A stretch of DNA of 64,000 nt from Candidatus Micrarchaeota archaeon. Its GTDB lineage: Archaea; B1Sed10-29; B47-G15. Each line of letters opens with the position of its first letter. Within the stretch, counting starts at the first letter, position 1. The notes under the pieces are model-generated. The model saw only the letters and a program-made list of their open reading frames with translations. It had not been told where the DNA came from and did no database searches. A program made the translations under genes and the position numbers. Below are positions 21,533-30,710 of the stretch, one piece after another. The DNA is taken from positions 96,001 through 160,000 of the forward strand of contig QMVG01000001.1 in NCBI GenBank assembly GCA_003660975.1. Direction: 5' to 3'.

Positions 21533-21580
21533 GGGCCTTGTGGCTTAGTGCCTGCGCGCGTTCAAATCGCGTTCCCCGCA
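21495..21580 (+). tRNA. tRNA-Leu(GAG)
   Basis: GCGGGGA/TCCCCGC acceptor, CAAGG-TTGAGGG-CCTTG anticodon arm, long variable arm, TTCAAAT T-loop. Confidence 0.93.
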
Positions 21581-21599
21581 TCAACTTTGGTGGTATGAA

Positions 21600-21938
21600 A
21601 TGAAAAGAGGTACGACAAATCCGATCAAGAAAGCGCTTATAGTTGAACTGGAAAGGAGCAAAAGACCTGTATGGAAGGTCATAGCTGAAAAGCTGAGAAA
21701 ACCTAGGAGAAAATCCATAAAAGTAAATCTATGGAAAGTAAATAAGCTTACATCAGATGGAGACACAGTGATAATACCTGGAAAGGTGTTAGGAATGGGA
21801 GAGGTAGAACACAACGTTACAGTTGCTGCATTTTCCTTCTCAGAGTCAGCCAGAAAAAAATTAGGCAAAAAGGCAATAACAATAGCCGAATTGCTTAAGA
21901 AAAATCCGGAGGGAAAGAACATTAAAATAATACAGTGA
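21600..21938 (+). CDS. rpl18e: 50S ribosomal protein eL18
   Basis: VNLWKVN, IPGKVLG.G, VAAFSFSESA. Confidence 0.94.
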   Translation: MKRGTTNPIKKALIVELERSKRPVWKVIAEKLRKPRRKSIKVNLWKVNKLTSDGDTVIIPGKVLGMGEVEHNVTVAAFSFSESARKKLGKKAITIAELLKKNPEGKNIKIIQ

Positions 21939-21943
21939 TGCTC

Positions 21944-22372
21944 ATGAAAGTAATTGATGCTGAAAACGCCGTGCTTGGAAGATTATCCACATATGTTGCT
22001 AAAGAAGTGCTGAAAGGAGAGGAGATAAGAATAGTAAATGCTGAGAAAGCGATAGTAACAGGCACAGACAAGAAGAGCATTTTGGAAAGGTATAAACACA
22101 AGATGAATCTGAGAAATATCGCCAACCCGAGAAAAAGCCCTAAATTCTCAAGAAGGCCGGACATATTGGTAAGAAAAACTGTATGGGGAATGCTCCCTCA
22201 CAATAAAAGAGGCAGAGAAGCCTACAAAAGAGTGAAAGTTTACTTAAAAGTGCCAAAAGAATTGGAGAAAAGTGAAAAGAAAAAGATTGCACAGTTTAAA
22301 GAGAAAGAAAGAAAGGTAAGAAAAATGACTGTTCTTGAAATTTGCAAGGAACTTGGATGGAGGCCTGCATAA
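21944..22372 (+). CDS. rpl13: 50S ribosomal protein uL13
   Basis: IDAENAVLGRLS, VNAEKA, TVWGMLPH. Confidence 0.95.
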   Translation: MKVIDAENAVLGRLSTYVAKEVLKGEEIRIVNAEKAIVTGTDKKSILERYKHKMNLRNIANPRKSPKFSRRPDILVRKTVWGMLPHNKRGREAYKRVKVYLKVPKELEKSEKKKIAQFKEKERKVRKMTVLEICKELGWRPA

Positions 22373-22797
22373 TGCCAAAGAAGATGAAAGTTGTAATCAC
22401 AAAAGGAAGGAAAAAGATGGCGATGGCAAGAGCCAGGGTAAAGAAAGGCTTGAGTTCAATAAAAATAAATGGTAAGTCCTTGGATGTTATAGAACCAAAA
22501 CTAGCAAGGCTTGTCATAGAAGAGCCATTGATAATTGCAAAAGAGCTTCTTGGAGAAAAGGTCTTAGACTCGCTGGACATAGATGTTAATGTGAGTGGTG
22601 GAGGGGTAATGGGCCAAGCATATGCAGTTAGGACTGCCATAGGAAAGGCCTTAGTCCAGTGGACAGGCAGCGAAGATTTAAAGAAAAAATATTTAGAATA
22701 TGACAGAACGCTTATAATTGATGATGTTCGTGTAAAAGAACCAAAGAAGTACCTTAGGAAAGGTGCTAGGGCAAAACCAACCAAATCATATAGGTGA
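22372..22797 (+). CDS. rps9: 30S ribosomal protein uS9
   Basis: GRKK.A.ARA, GGGVMGQA, YDRTL, GARAKPTKSYR. Confidence 0.95.
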   Translation: MPKKMKVVITKGRKKMAMARARVKKGLSSIKINGKSLDVIEPKLARLVIEEPLIIAKELLGEKVLDSLDIDVNVSGGGVMGQAYAVRTAIGKALVQWTGSEDLKKKYLEYDRTLIIDDVRVKEPKKYLRKGARAKPTKSYR

Positions 22798-22801
22798 GAA
22801 C

Positions 22802-22996
22802 ATGTTAATACCAATACGTTGCTTTTCGTGTGGAAGACCGATTGCCCAACACTGGGAAGTATATAAAAGTAGGATTGAAAAGGGCGAAGATCCTGGCAAG
22901 GTACTTGATGACCTTGGAGTGCACAGTTACTGTTGTAGAAGGATGTTCATAGGACATAGAGATATAATGCCGAAGCTCCTAGATTATAGCATATAA
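22802..22996 (+). CDS. rpoN: RNA polymerase subunit N (Rpo10)
   Basis: MLIPIRCFSCG, LDDLGV.SYCCRRM. Confidence 0.95.
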   Translation: MLIPIRCFSCGRPIAQHWEVYKSRIEKGEDPGKVLDDLGVHSYCCRRMFIGHRDIMPKLLDYSI

Positions 22997-23111
22997 GGGG
23001 CCATAGGGTAGCCTGGTCCATCCCCCCAGCTTGGGGTGCTGGTAACCCGAGTTCAAAAAGAGGGGCCCCACTCAGGAGAGAGGACCTCTCTTGAAAATCT
23101 CGGTGGCCCCA
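22997..23111 (+). tRNA. tRNA-Pro(GGG) with a 40-nt intron in the T-loop (intron 23058-23097)
   Basis: GGGGCCA/TGGCCCC acceptor, CCAGC-TTGGGGT-GCTGG anticodon arm, T-stem CCGAG/CTCGG interrupted by a BHB-forming insert; removal restores TTCAAAT. Confidence 0.92.
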
Positions 23112-23125
23112 TCACGTGATAACTT

Positions 23126-24361
23126 ATGAAGATTGACAAGATAGAGCTTAAGCCTGCATACGACTCCAGAGGAAGACTTACTGTTGAGGCGGTCGTCTAC
23201 TCTGGTAAAAAATCTGCTTCTGCAAAAAGCCCGCACGGCACCAGCAGTGGCAGCTACGAAGTGGAACACCTCCCAGAAGGGGAAATAAGCATAGCAGAGG
23301 CAAAGCGAGCTTTACTTCCACAATTACTGAACAGAGAATTCCAAAAGCAGAGCGATATTGACGAAGCAATGAAGAAAATTGATGGGAGCCAGAACTTGTC
23401 TAGGTTTGGAGGTGCAGTCATACTAGCTATCTCCCTCGCTGCAGCAAAGTTGGCAGCAAAATTGGAAAAAAAGCAGTTGTTTGAGTACCTCAGTGACTCT
23501 GAGCAATATGCGATGCCATACCCTCTTGGCAAGTGTATAGGTGGTGGGGTTCATGGCAGAAAAAATTCTCCAGAGATACAGGAATTTCTCGTGCTGCCTC
23601 TTGGAGCAAAGAACATAAGGGAAGCTATAAGTATCAACAATGACGTTCATAAGAAGACGCTTGAAGAGATATTGAAAAGGTATCCAAAATTTGACAAAAA
23701 GCTTGATTTTGAGGGTGGTTGGAATCCCCCCATTAGCAATGAAGAGGCCCTTGATGTACTAACAGCCGCTGTTGAGCAGATTTCGGATGAAAGAAATGCG
23801 GACATTAGAATTGGCATTGATATGGCAGCTAGTGAATATTTCAATGGCAGGTATTATGTATACAAAAGAGAGAAACAAGAATTTAATAAAAAGGAGCAGT
23901 TTGAGTATGTAAGCAAGCTGATAAAGGATTACAAGCTGTTTTATGTTGAGGACCCTTTTGAGGAGAATGACTTCAAAAATCATGCAAAACTGTCAAGGAA
24001 ATTTAGAAATACTTTAATAGTGGGAGATGACCTGTTTACAACAAACAGCAAGAGATTAAGAGAAGGCATAAAGGAAAAGGCTTGCAATGGCATCATAATA
24101 AAACCAAACCAAATAGGCACTGTTACTGACACATACAAAACAGTTAAACTGGCAAAAAAACATTCATATGTTCCTGTCATATCACATAGGTCTGGTGAAA
24201 CCGATGATGCTAGTATATCTCACATGGCAGTTGCTTGGAATATCCCAATAATCAAAATAGGGATTTTAGGAAGAGAAAGGATTGTCAAATTAAAAGAATT
24301 GGTGGAGATTGATAGATACCTTAAAAAGGTGGGGATGAATAATATTTACTTAAAAAATTGA
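23126..24361 (+). CDS. eno: Enolase
   Basis: DSRG..TVE, QEFL, DMAASE, EDPF, GDDLFTTN, KPNQIGT, SHRSGET. Confidence 0.94.
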   Translation: MKIDKIELKPAYDSRGRLTVEAVVYSGKKSASAKSPHGTSSGSYEVEHLPEGEISIAEAKRALLPQLLNREFQKQSDIDEAMKKIDGSQNLSRFGGAVILAISLAAAKLAAKLEKKQLFEYLSDSEQYAMPYPLGKCIGGGVHGRKNSPEIQEFLVLPLGAKNIREAISINNDVHKKTLEEILKRYPKFDKKLDFEGGWNPPISNEEALDVLTAAVEQISDERNADIRIGIDMAASEYFNGRYYVYKREKQEFNKKEQFEYVSKLIKDYKLFYVEDPFEENDFKNHAKLSRKFRNTLIVGDDLFTTNSKRLREGIKEKACNGIIIKPNQIGTVTDTYKTVKLAKKHSYVPVISHRSGETDDASISHMAVAWNIPIIKIGILGRERIVKLKELVEIDRYLKKVGMNNIYLKN

Positions 24362-24402
24362 AGGCCCCTCTTGCTTTTTGAAGGGGTAGAGAGGTGAAAA
24401 AT

Positions 24403-25050
24403 ATGGTTGAAAAAAACGAAGAACTCTTGGTGCCGGTAGAAAAGTACCTGGAAACAGGTGCACATATTGGCAGCAAATATCGCTCTGGTGATATGAAGAA
24501 GTTTATTTACAAGTGCAGAAACGACGGTCTCTGTGTGCTGGACATAACAACACTTGACAGAAGGATAAGAATAGCTGCTAATTTCATATCTCAGTACCCG
24601 CCAGAGAAGGTCTTGGTTGTTGCTGGGAGAACCTATGCACAGAAACCTGCCAAAAAGTTCTCAGAGCTTGTTGGCACGAAATGTGTTGTAGGGAGGTTTG
24701 TTCCAGGAACATTAACAAACCCAAACAACGAAAATTTTATTGAACCAGAGCTTGTTTTCGTTGGAGACCCTCCAGTAGACAGGCAGGCAATAAAAGAAGC
24801 AGTCAAAGCAAGAGTGCCCGTAATAAGCCTATGTGATACAAGCAACAGCTTAAAAAACATAGATCTGGTAATTCCAATGAACAATAAAGGAAAGAAAGCA
24901 CTGGCTTTAGTTTATTGGTTGCTTGCCAGAGAGGTTTTGCTAAAAAGAGGGAATATAAAAAGCTATAAAGAGTTTAATTATAAGATAGAGGACTTTATGT
25001 CTGGATATGAGGATAGAGGTGAGAAGAAGGTCAGAGGGCGTAGAAAATGA
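24403..25050 (+). CDS. rps2: 30S ribosomal protein uS2
   Basis: YLETGAHIG, GRFVPGTLTNP, IPMNNKG. Confidence 0.96.
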   Translation: MVEKNEELLVPVEKYLETGAHIGSKYRSGDMKKFIYKCRNDGLCVLDITTLDRRIRIAANFISQYPPEKVLVVAGRTYAQKPAKKFSELVGTKCVVGRFVPGTLTNPNNENFIEPELVFVGDPPVDRQAIKEAVKARVPVISLCDTSNSLKNIDLVIPMNNKGKKALALVYWLLAREVLLKRGNIKSYKEFNYKIEDFMSGYEDRGEKKVRGRRK

Positions 25051-25847
25051 AACGCTTTCCAGCTGTAGCAGGCCAGTTTTATCCCCATGATGCTGCTGAG
25101 CTGGAGGCTTTTGTAAGGAAAGTGATGGAGCAGGCGTTTGTAGAAGCACGGGAGAGACCAGTAGCTCTTATATCTCCACATGCAGGTTATATCTACTCTG
25201 GACAGACTGCAGCATATTCATATAAATTGCTCTCTGCGTTTGATTTTAAAAACGCCATAATTATATCCCCAAACCATACAGGGCTTGGAGTTCCTGTTTC
25301 TATATTTCCAGAGGGAGAGTGGATAACCCCCTTGGGAAGCCTGAAGGTAAATGAGGAGATAGCAAAGAAAATCGCTTCCTCATTTAAGGCAGATGTGGAA
25401 GCACACCTTATGGAGCATGCCGTTGAGGTTCAGCTTCCATTCCTGCAGGCCATCAGGAAAGATGTAAAAATAGTCCCAATTACAGTAATGGACCAATCTC
25501 TTGATACAATGAAAGAATTGGGAAAAGTGCTTGCCAGTTGCCTAAACCCGAAAACAGATATTGTGATAGCAAGCACTGACTTCTCGCATTATATCCCTGA
25601 TGATGAGGCCAGAGAAAGGGACTCAAAAGCAATATCAGCGATAGAGAGGCTTGATGAAGACTTACTCTATGAATACCTGAAAAAATATGATATTTCTATG
25701 TGTGGCTATGGTGGCGTTGCAGCAGCAATGCTTTATGCAAAGGAGAAGAACGCCAAAAAGGCCAAGTTGCTTTATTACGACACATCTGCAACTGCTTCGG
25801 GGGATAAATCAGCTGTTGTGGGATACGCTGCCATGTATATGTATTAG
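25047..25847 (+). CDS. MEMO1 / AmmeMemoRadiSam system protein B
   Basis: PAVAGQFYP, PHAGYIYSG, EHAVEVQLPF, STDFSHY, SMCG, VVGYAA. Confidence 0.93.
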   Translation: MKRFPAVAGQFYPHDAAELEAFVRKVMEQAFVEARERPVALISPHAGYIYSGQTAAYSYKLLSAFDFKNAIIISPNHTGLGVPVSIFPEGEWITPLGSLKVNEEIAKKIASSFKADVEAHLMEHAVEVQLPFLQAIRKDVKIVPITVMDQSLDTMKELGKVLASCLNPKTDIVIASTDFSHYIPDDEARERDSKAISAIERLDEDLLYEYLKKYDISMCGYGGVAAAMLYAKEKNAKKAKLLYYDTSATASGDKSAVVGYAAMYMY

Positions 25848-25875
25848 AAGAGCTATGGCTAAAAAGGGATGTAAA

Positions 25876-27072
25876 ATGAAGGACATAATATTAAAGCACG
25901 CACTAAGAAATGCCGTGCTGCACGGGGGTAAGGCCAATGTCAACGCTGTTCTCAATAAGGTCTTGGGAGAGCTTGAAAAAAAAGACATAGCACAGGTAGG
26001 CAAGCAAGTGAAAAAGGTTGTTGAAGAAGTAAACAGAATGTCTGTTAAAGAGCAAAGGGAAAAACTTTTGGAGATGTGGCCCAATGCTCTTGAGAAGAAG
26101 GTTGAGGATAAGAAAGCTTTGAAACCGCTCCCAGGAGACACGAGCCATGTTGTGCTCAGGATAGCTCCAAATCCAAACGCTCCTCTTCATCTCGGAGCAT
26201 CAAGGGGCGTAGTGATAAATGGAGAATATGCAAAGCTTTACAATGGGAAATTTATCTTAAGGCTTGATGACACAGACCCCTCTATAAAAAAACCGCTGCC
26301 TGAAGCATATGAATGGATTCCAGAAGATGTCAGGTGGCTCGGCTATAACGATTTTGAACTTGTTATAGCAAGCGATAGGATGGAGATATATTATGAATAT
26401 GCAGAGAAGCTTATTGATATTGGGGGAGCATATACCTGTACCTGCCCAAGAGAGCGCTTTGCTGAGTATAAGAGAAAAGGCATTGAATGCCCTTGCAGAA
26501 AGAAAGAAAAAGAGCAGGTAATAAAAGAATGGAAAGACATGCTTGCAGGGAAATATAAAGAAGGGGAGATTGTGCTAAGAGTAAAAACAGACATGAAGCA
26601 TAAAAATCCAGGCCTGCGGGATTGGGTTGCATTTAGAATAAAGAAAGGTGAACATCCGAGGCAGGGAAACAAGTACATTGTGTGGCCTATGCTTGATTTT
26701 CAGTCAGCGATAGATGACCACTTACTAGGAATAAGCCATATCATAAGGGGAAAGGACCTAATGCACTCAACATTTAAGCAGAAATTGCTCTATGAAAAAT
26801 TTGGATGGACGTATCCGACAACCTTGTATTGGGGAAGAGTCAAGATTCACGAATTCGGCAAAGTCTCTAGTTCTGAAATAAGAAAAGGCATTGAAGAGGG
26901 AAAATATAGTGGCTGGGATGACCCACGCTTGCCCACATTGAGAGCGCTAAGAAAGAGAGGCATAAAAGCAGAGGCCATAAGGGAATTCTGGCTTGATATA
27001 GGTCTCAGCGAGAGGGACATATCAGCGTCAATGCAGATACTTGAAGCTATAAACCGAAAATATAATAAATGA
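25876..27072 (+). CDS. gltX: Glutamyl-tRNA synthetase, archaeal type, lacking the C-terminal anticodon-binding domain (398 aa)
   Basis: ALRNAVLHGGKA, RIAPNPNAPLHLG, LRLDDTDP, YTCTC, SHIIRGKD, GWDDPRLPTLRALRKRG; stops at EAINRKYNK. Confidence 0.9.
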   Translation: MKDIILKHALRNAVLHGGKANVNAVLNKVLGELEKKDIAQVGKQVKKVVEEVNRMSVKEQREKLLEMWPNALEKKVEDKKALKPLPGDTSHVVLRIAPNPNAPLHLGASRGVVINGEYAKLYNGKFILRLDDTDPSIKKPLPEAYEWIPEDVRWLGYNDFELVIASDRMEIYYEYAEKLIDIGGAYTCTCPRERFAEYKRKGIECPCRKKEKEQVIKEWKDMLAGKYKEGEIVLRVKTDMKHKNPGLRDWVAFRIKKGEHPRQGNKYIVWPMLDFQSAIDDHLLGISHIIRGKDLMHSTFKQKLLYEKFGWTYPTTLYWGRVKIHEFGKVSSSEIRKGIEEGKYSGWDDPRLPTLRALRKRGIKAEAIREFWLDIGLSERDISASMQILEAINRKYNK

Positions 27073-27112
27073 ATATGTAGAGAATATATGCAAAGCTCAT
27101 TCTTATGAATGA

Positions 27113-27141
27113 GAATATGCCAATGAAACGGAGGTGTATTC
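27113..27141 (+). promoter_or_regulatory. K-loop/K-turn in the rpl7ae 5' UTR overlapping the SD
   Basis: GAATATGCC-AAT-GA-AACG-GA-GGTGTATTC: C-stem, 3-nt bulge, tandem GA pairs; SD GGAGGTG lies within it. Confidence 0.7.
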
Positions 27142-27144
27142 GAC

Positions 27145-27534
27145 ATGACGGCAGTATATGTTAAGTTTGAAGTTCCAAAAGAGATGCAAAATAAAGTTTA
27201 CGAGGCTGTTGAAAAAGCACGAGATACGGGAAAAATAAGAAAAGGTGTCAATGAAACTACAAAAGCGATTGAAAGAGGCACAGCTAAATTAGTTGTCATA
27301 GCTGGTGATGTTGAACCACCAGAGATTGTTGCACATCTGCCTCTGCTTAGTGAGGAAAAAAAGGTTGATTACATCTATGTTGACAGTAAGAAGGAGTTAG
27401 GCATGGCCTGCGGCCTTCCTGTTGCCACATCTGCAATGGCGATTGTTGAGGCAGGGGATGCAAAAGAACTAATTAAAGAGATAAACAAATTTCTGAGCAG
27501 CGTGAGAAAACAGGGTGAGAAGAGTGGAGAATGA
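27145..27534 (+). CDS. rpl7ae: 50S ribosomal protein eL8 (L7Ae)
   Basis: [29 protein letters not shown]. Confidence 0.97.
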   Translation: MTAVYVKFEVPKEMQNKVYEAVEKARDTGKIRKGVNETTKAIERGTAKLVVIAGDVEPPEIVAHLPLLSEEKKVDYIYVDSKKELGMACGLPVATSAMAIVEAGDAKELIKEINKFLSSVRKQGEKSGE

Positions 27535-27733
27535 GGGCGTTGCCGCGCAAGTTGTTGAGATAATAGGAAAAACAGGAGTATATGGAGAGATACATCAGGT
27601 AATGGTTAAACTTTTGGAGGGCAGAGACAAGGGAAGAATTATGAGAAGGAATGTAAAAGGTTCTGTTAGGGTTGGTGATGTCCTAATATTACTTAACCCA
27701 GAAACAGAAGCAAAACCAATAAAGGCGAGGTAA
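27524..27733 (+). CDS. rps28e: 30S ribosomal protein eS28
   Basis: [21 protein letters not shown]. Confidence 0.94.
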   Translation: MENEGVAAQVVEIIGKTGVYGEIHQVMVKLLEGRDKGRIMRRNVKGSVRVGDVLILLNPETEAKPIKAR

Positions 27734-27737
27734 TCAC

Positions 27738-27920
27738 ATGGTCAAGTGTAGCTTTTGTGGAAAGGAGATTCCAAAAGGTACTGGAAAGATATACGTTCTA
27801 AAAGATGGAACTGCATATTATTATTGTTCTTCGAAATGCGAAAGGAATCACTTGAAATTGAAAAGAAAACCTGCGAAAACGACATGGGTAAAGAAAGCTA
27901 AAAAGGAGGGCAAAGAGTGA
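27738..27920 (+). CDS. rpl24e: 50S ribosomal protein eL24
   Basis: CSFCG..I.KGTG, YYCSSKC. Confidence 0.94.
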   Translation: MVKCSFCGKEIPKGTGKIYVLKDGTAYYYCSSKCERNHLKLKRKPAKTTWVKKAKKEGKE

Positions 27921-28510
27921 TTGAAAGAACCTTCGTGCTCATAAAACCAGACGCAGTGCAAAGAGGAATTGTTGGCCAAATAATAGAGCGCTTTGAAAGG
28001 GTTGGTTTAAGGATAGCTGCCCTAAAACTTGTATGGCCTACAAAAGAGATAGTTGATGAACACTATCCAAATGTAGAACAGTGGTTGAGAAGCGTTGGTG
28101 AAAAAGCATTAAAAGGTTACGAAAAACAGGGAAAGAAAGTTGAAGAAGACCCAATAGAAATAGGTAAGAGGGTTAAGAGGATGCTTTTGGATTACTTGAC
28201 ATCTGGACCTGTTATTGCAATGGTGCTTGAAGGAAATCACGCTGTAAAGCTTGTAAGGAAGATAGTTGGCCCAACAGAGCCTCTTGAGGCTCCTCCTGGC
28301 ACAATAAGAGGAGATTTTACAAAGGACAGTTACGTCAGTGCTGACACGCTTGGCCGTTCTGTGAGGAATATTATTCATGCGTCTGACTCAAGGAAAGAGG
28401 CAGAAAGAGAGATAAGAATTTGGTTTTCAGAGAGCGAGATAATAGATTATGAAAGACCAGATATTTACGTCATACTCGGCAAAGATTATAAAAAGTTGAA
28501 AAAAGAATAG
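27917..28510 (+). CDS. ndk: Nucleoside diphosphate kinase (with internal insertion)
   Basis: ERTFVLIKPDAVQRG, SGPV, PGTIRGDF, NIIHASDS. Confidence 0.95.
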   Translation: MIERTFVLIKPDAVQRGIVGQIIERFERVGLRIAALKLVWPTKEIVDEHYPNVEQWLRSVGEKALKGYEKQGKKVEEDPIEIGKRVKRMLLDYLTSGPVIAMVLEGNHAVKLVRKIVGPTEPLEAPPGTIRGDFTKDSYVSADTLGRSVRNIIHASDSRKEAEREIRIWFSESEIIDYERPDIYVILGKDYKKLKKE

Positions 28511-28578
28511 AATATTAGTAAAAAGGCCCTCGGCCAAAACTGAGGGAACTAATTTTTCCCTCTCAAACAGGTGTAGAT

Positions 28579-30324
28579 ATGCCTATAAGAAGCCCAATAA
28601 TATGTGTCTTGGGACATGTAGACCATGGAAAAACCATGATATTGGATAGGATTAGAGGCACTGCCATAACTGCAAAAGAGGCAGGAGGCATAACCCAGCA
28701 CGTGGGGGCTTCGTTTATACCAAAGGCTGTTATTGAAAGTAAGTGCAAGGACCTATTAGAACAGTATAAGTTCAAGCTGAGAATACCTGGCCTGCTTTTT
28801 ATAGACACGCCGGGCCATGAAGCTTTTACCACATTAAGGAAAAGAGGCGGAAGCATTGCAGATTTGGCTGTTTTGGTCATAGACATAAGCCAAGGCATAC
28901 AACCTCAAACAATAGAAAGCATAGATATCCTCCGTTCCTATAAGACTCCCTTTGTAGTCGCTGCCAATAAGATTGACTTAATAGATGGATGGGAAGCCCA
29001 CGAAAATGCCTGCTTTATGAAAAGTTTCCAAAAGCAAAGGGATTTTGTGAAGGAAAACCTTGACAAAAAGATTTACGAAATAATCGGGCAGCTTGGAGAA
29101 AGGAATTTTGACTCAGAGAGGTTTGACAGGGTGAAGGATGTCACGAAGGAGGTGCTCATAATCCCAGTAAGTGCGAAGACAGGTGAAGGTATAAAAGAGC
29201 TGTTGATGTTCCTGGCTGCCTTGTCTCAAAAATTCATAAAAGACAGATTAGAGATATCACCTGAATCTGCCGCAAAAGGCACTGTTCTTGAGATAAAGGA
29301 AGTGAAAGGCCTTGGAACAACAGCTGATGCTATAATATACGATGGGTGCATAAGGGAAGGAGACACGGTGGCCATGGCCTCGATTGATGATGTCGTGATC
29401 ACAAAGATAAGGGCATTGCTTGAACCAGCACCCCTTGAAGAAATAAGAGACAGTAGCAGAAAATTTAAGCGTGTGGCAATGGTTGTGGCTGCTGCGGGTG
29501 TTAAGATTGCTGCGCCAAATCTTGAAAAGGTGGTTGCAGGCAGTCCTTTAAGAGTCGTAAAGGAGAATATAGATGAGATTGTTGACGAAATAAGAAAGGA
29601 GATTTCTTCAGTGATTGTGAATGAGGAGGGCGAGGGAGTAATTGCAAGAGCAGATACACTAGGCAGCCTGGAGGCCATGATAAATCTGTTTTCAAAGGAA
29701 GGAATCCCCATATCAAGTGCCAATATAGGAATGCTCACTAAACTTGACTTAACGAAGGCAGAAACGATGAGGCAAAAAAACAGATACTTGGGTGTCCTTT
29801 TTGCTTTTAACGTGGCTGTACCCCGTGAGATAGAAGAAGAGGCAAAAAAACAGGGCATTAAAATCTTCTGCTCTGATGTTATTTATAAATTAATAGAGGA
29901 CTATAAAGAGTGGTTGAAAGAGGAGAGAGAGAAAGAAAAGATGGAGAGACTAAAAAAATATATACTGCCTGCGAAGATTAAAGTATTGCCTGGCTTTATA
30001 TTCAGAGCAAGTAAGCCAGCTATTGTCGGTATCGAAGTGCTTGAAGGCACGATAAGGCCCCAGTATCCCCTCATGAACGCAGAGGGAAAGGAGATAGGAG
30101 TTATACGGGCAATCCAGGAAAAAAATCAGAGCATAAGCATGGCTGAGAAAGGAGATAAAGTAGCAGTATCTATTGACGGTGCTGTTGTAGGCAGAAATCT
30201 TTATGAAAATGATGTTCTTTTCACGTCTGTCCCGGTAAAACAGCTCTATGAGCTGAGGGATAAGATAGGAAACAAAGATCTTATTGACGAAATAATCAGA
30301 ATTCAAGAGGTGAAGAAACGATGA
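28579..30324 (+). CDS. infB: Translation initiation factor aIF5B (IF-2)
   Basis: RSPIICVLGHVDHGKT, EAGGITQHVGA, DTPGHEAF, NKID. Confidence 0.97.
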   Translation: MPIRSPIICVLGHVDHGKTMILDRIRGTAITAKEAGGITQHVGASFIPKAVIESKCKDLLEQYKFKLRIPGLLFIDTPGHEAFTTLRKRGGSIADLAVLVIDISQGIQPQTIESIDILRSYKTPFVVAANKIDLIDGWEAHENACFMKSFQKQRDFVKENLDKKIYEIIGQLGERNFDSERFDRVKDVTKEVLIIPVSAKTGEGIKELLMFLAALSQKFIKDRLEISPESAAKGTVLEIKEVKGLGTTADAIIYDGCIREGDTVAMASIDDVVITKIRALLEPAPLEEIRDSSRKFKRVAMVVAAAGVKIAAPNLEKVVAGSPLRVVKENIDEIVDEIRKEISSVIVNEEGEGVIARADTLGSLEAMINLFSKEGIPISSANIGMLTKLDLTKAETMRQKNRYLGVLFAFNVAVPREIEEEAKKQGIKIFCSDVIYKLIEDYKEWLKEEREKEKMERLKKYILPAKIKVLPGFIFRASKPAIVGIEVLEGTIRPQYPLMNAEGKEIGVIRAIQEKNQSISMAEKGDKVAVSIDGAVVGRNLYENDVLFTSVPVKQLYELRDKIGNKDLIDEIIRIQEVKKR

Positions 30325-30710
30325 AAGTAGTGATAGCAGACCCCAAAAGTGGAAAATCTTATCAAATTGAGATCGATGAAAACAAGGCAAAGCCAATATA
30401 TGGTATGAAAATAGGCGACGAATTAGATGGGGCTTTACTGGGCCTCACAGGATACAAACTGGAAATAACAGGAGGCAGTGACAAAGATGGCTTTCCAATG
30501 AGGAGAGGATTTCATGGCAGTGGAAGAAAGAGCTTGCTTATATCAGCAGGGCCGGGTATTAGAGCCAAAGGTAAAAAATTAAAGAAGACCGTGAGGGGAG
30601 AAAAGGTAGCAGAAGACATTGCTCAATTGAATGTCAAGGTAAAGACATATGGAAGCAAAGATATAAAAGAGCTGCTTGGCATAGAAGAGAAAAAGGAGAG
30701 TAAAGAATGA
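30321..30710 (+). CDS. rps6e: 30S ribosomal protein eS6
   Basis: ITGGSDKDGFPMR, KTVRG. Confidence 0.94.
   Translation: MKVVIADPKSGKSYQIEIDENKAKPIYGMKIGDELDGALLGLTGYKLEITGGSDKDGFPMRRGFHGSGRKSLLISAGPGIRAKGKKLKKTVRGEKVAEDIAQLNVKVKTYGSKDIKELLGIEEKKESKE

Noticed and set aside
25687-25875. Extended ORF-track starts for gltX (and similarly for the ABC ATPase, Bud32, archease, secD, secF, trmI)
   Set aside because: The extensions overlap neighbouring genes and lack family similarity; starts were trimmed
27060-27144. Frameshifted continuation of gltX
   Set aside because: Only 72 nt precede rpl7ae and no frame resembles the anticodon-binding domain
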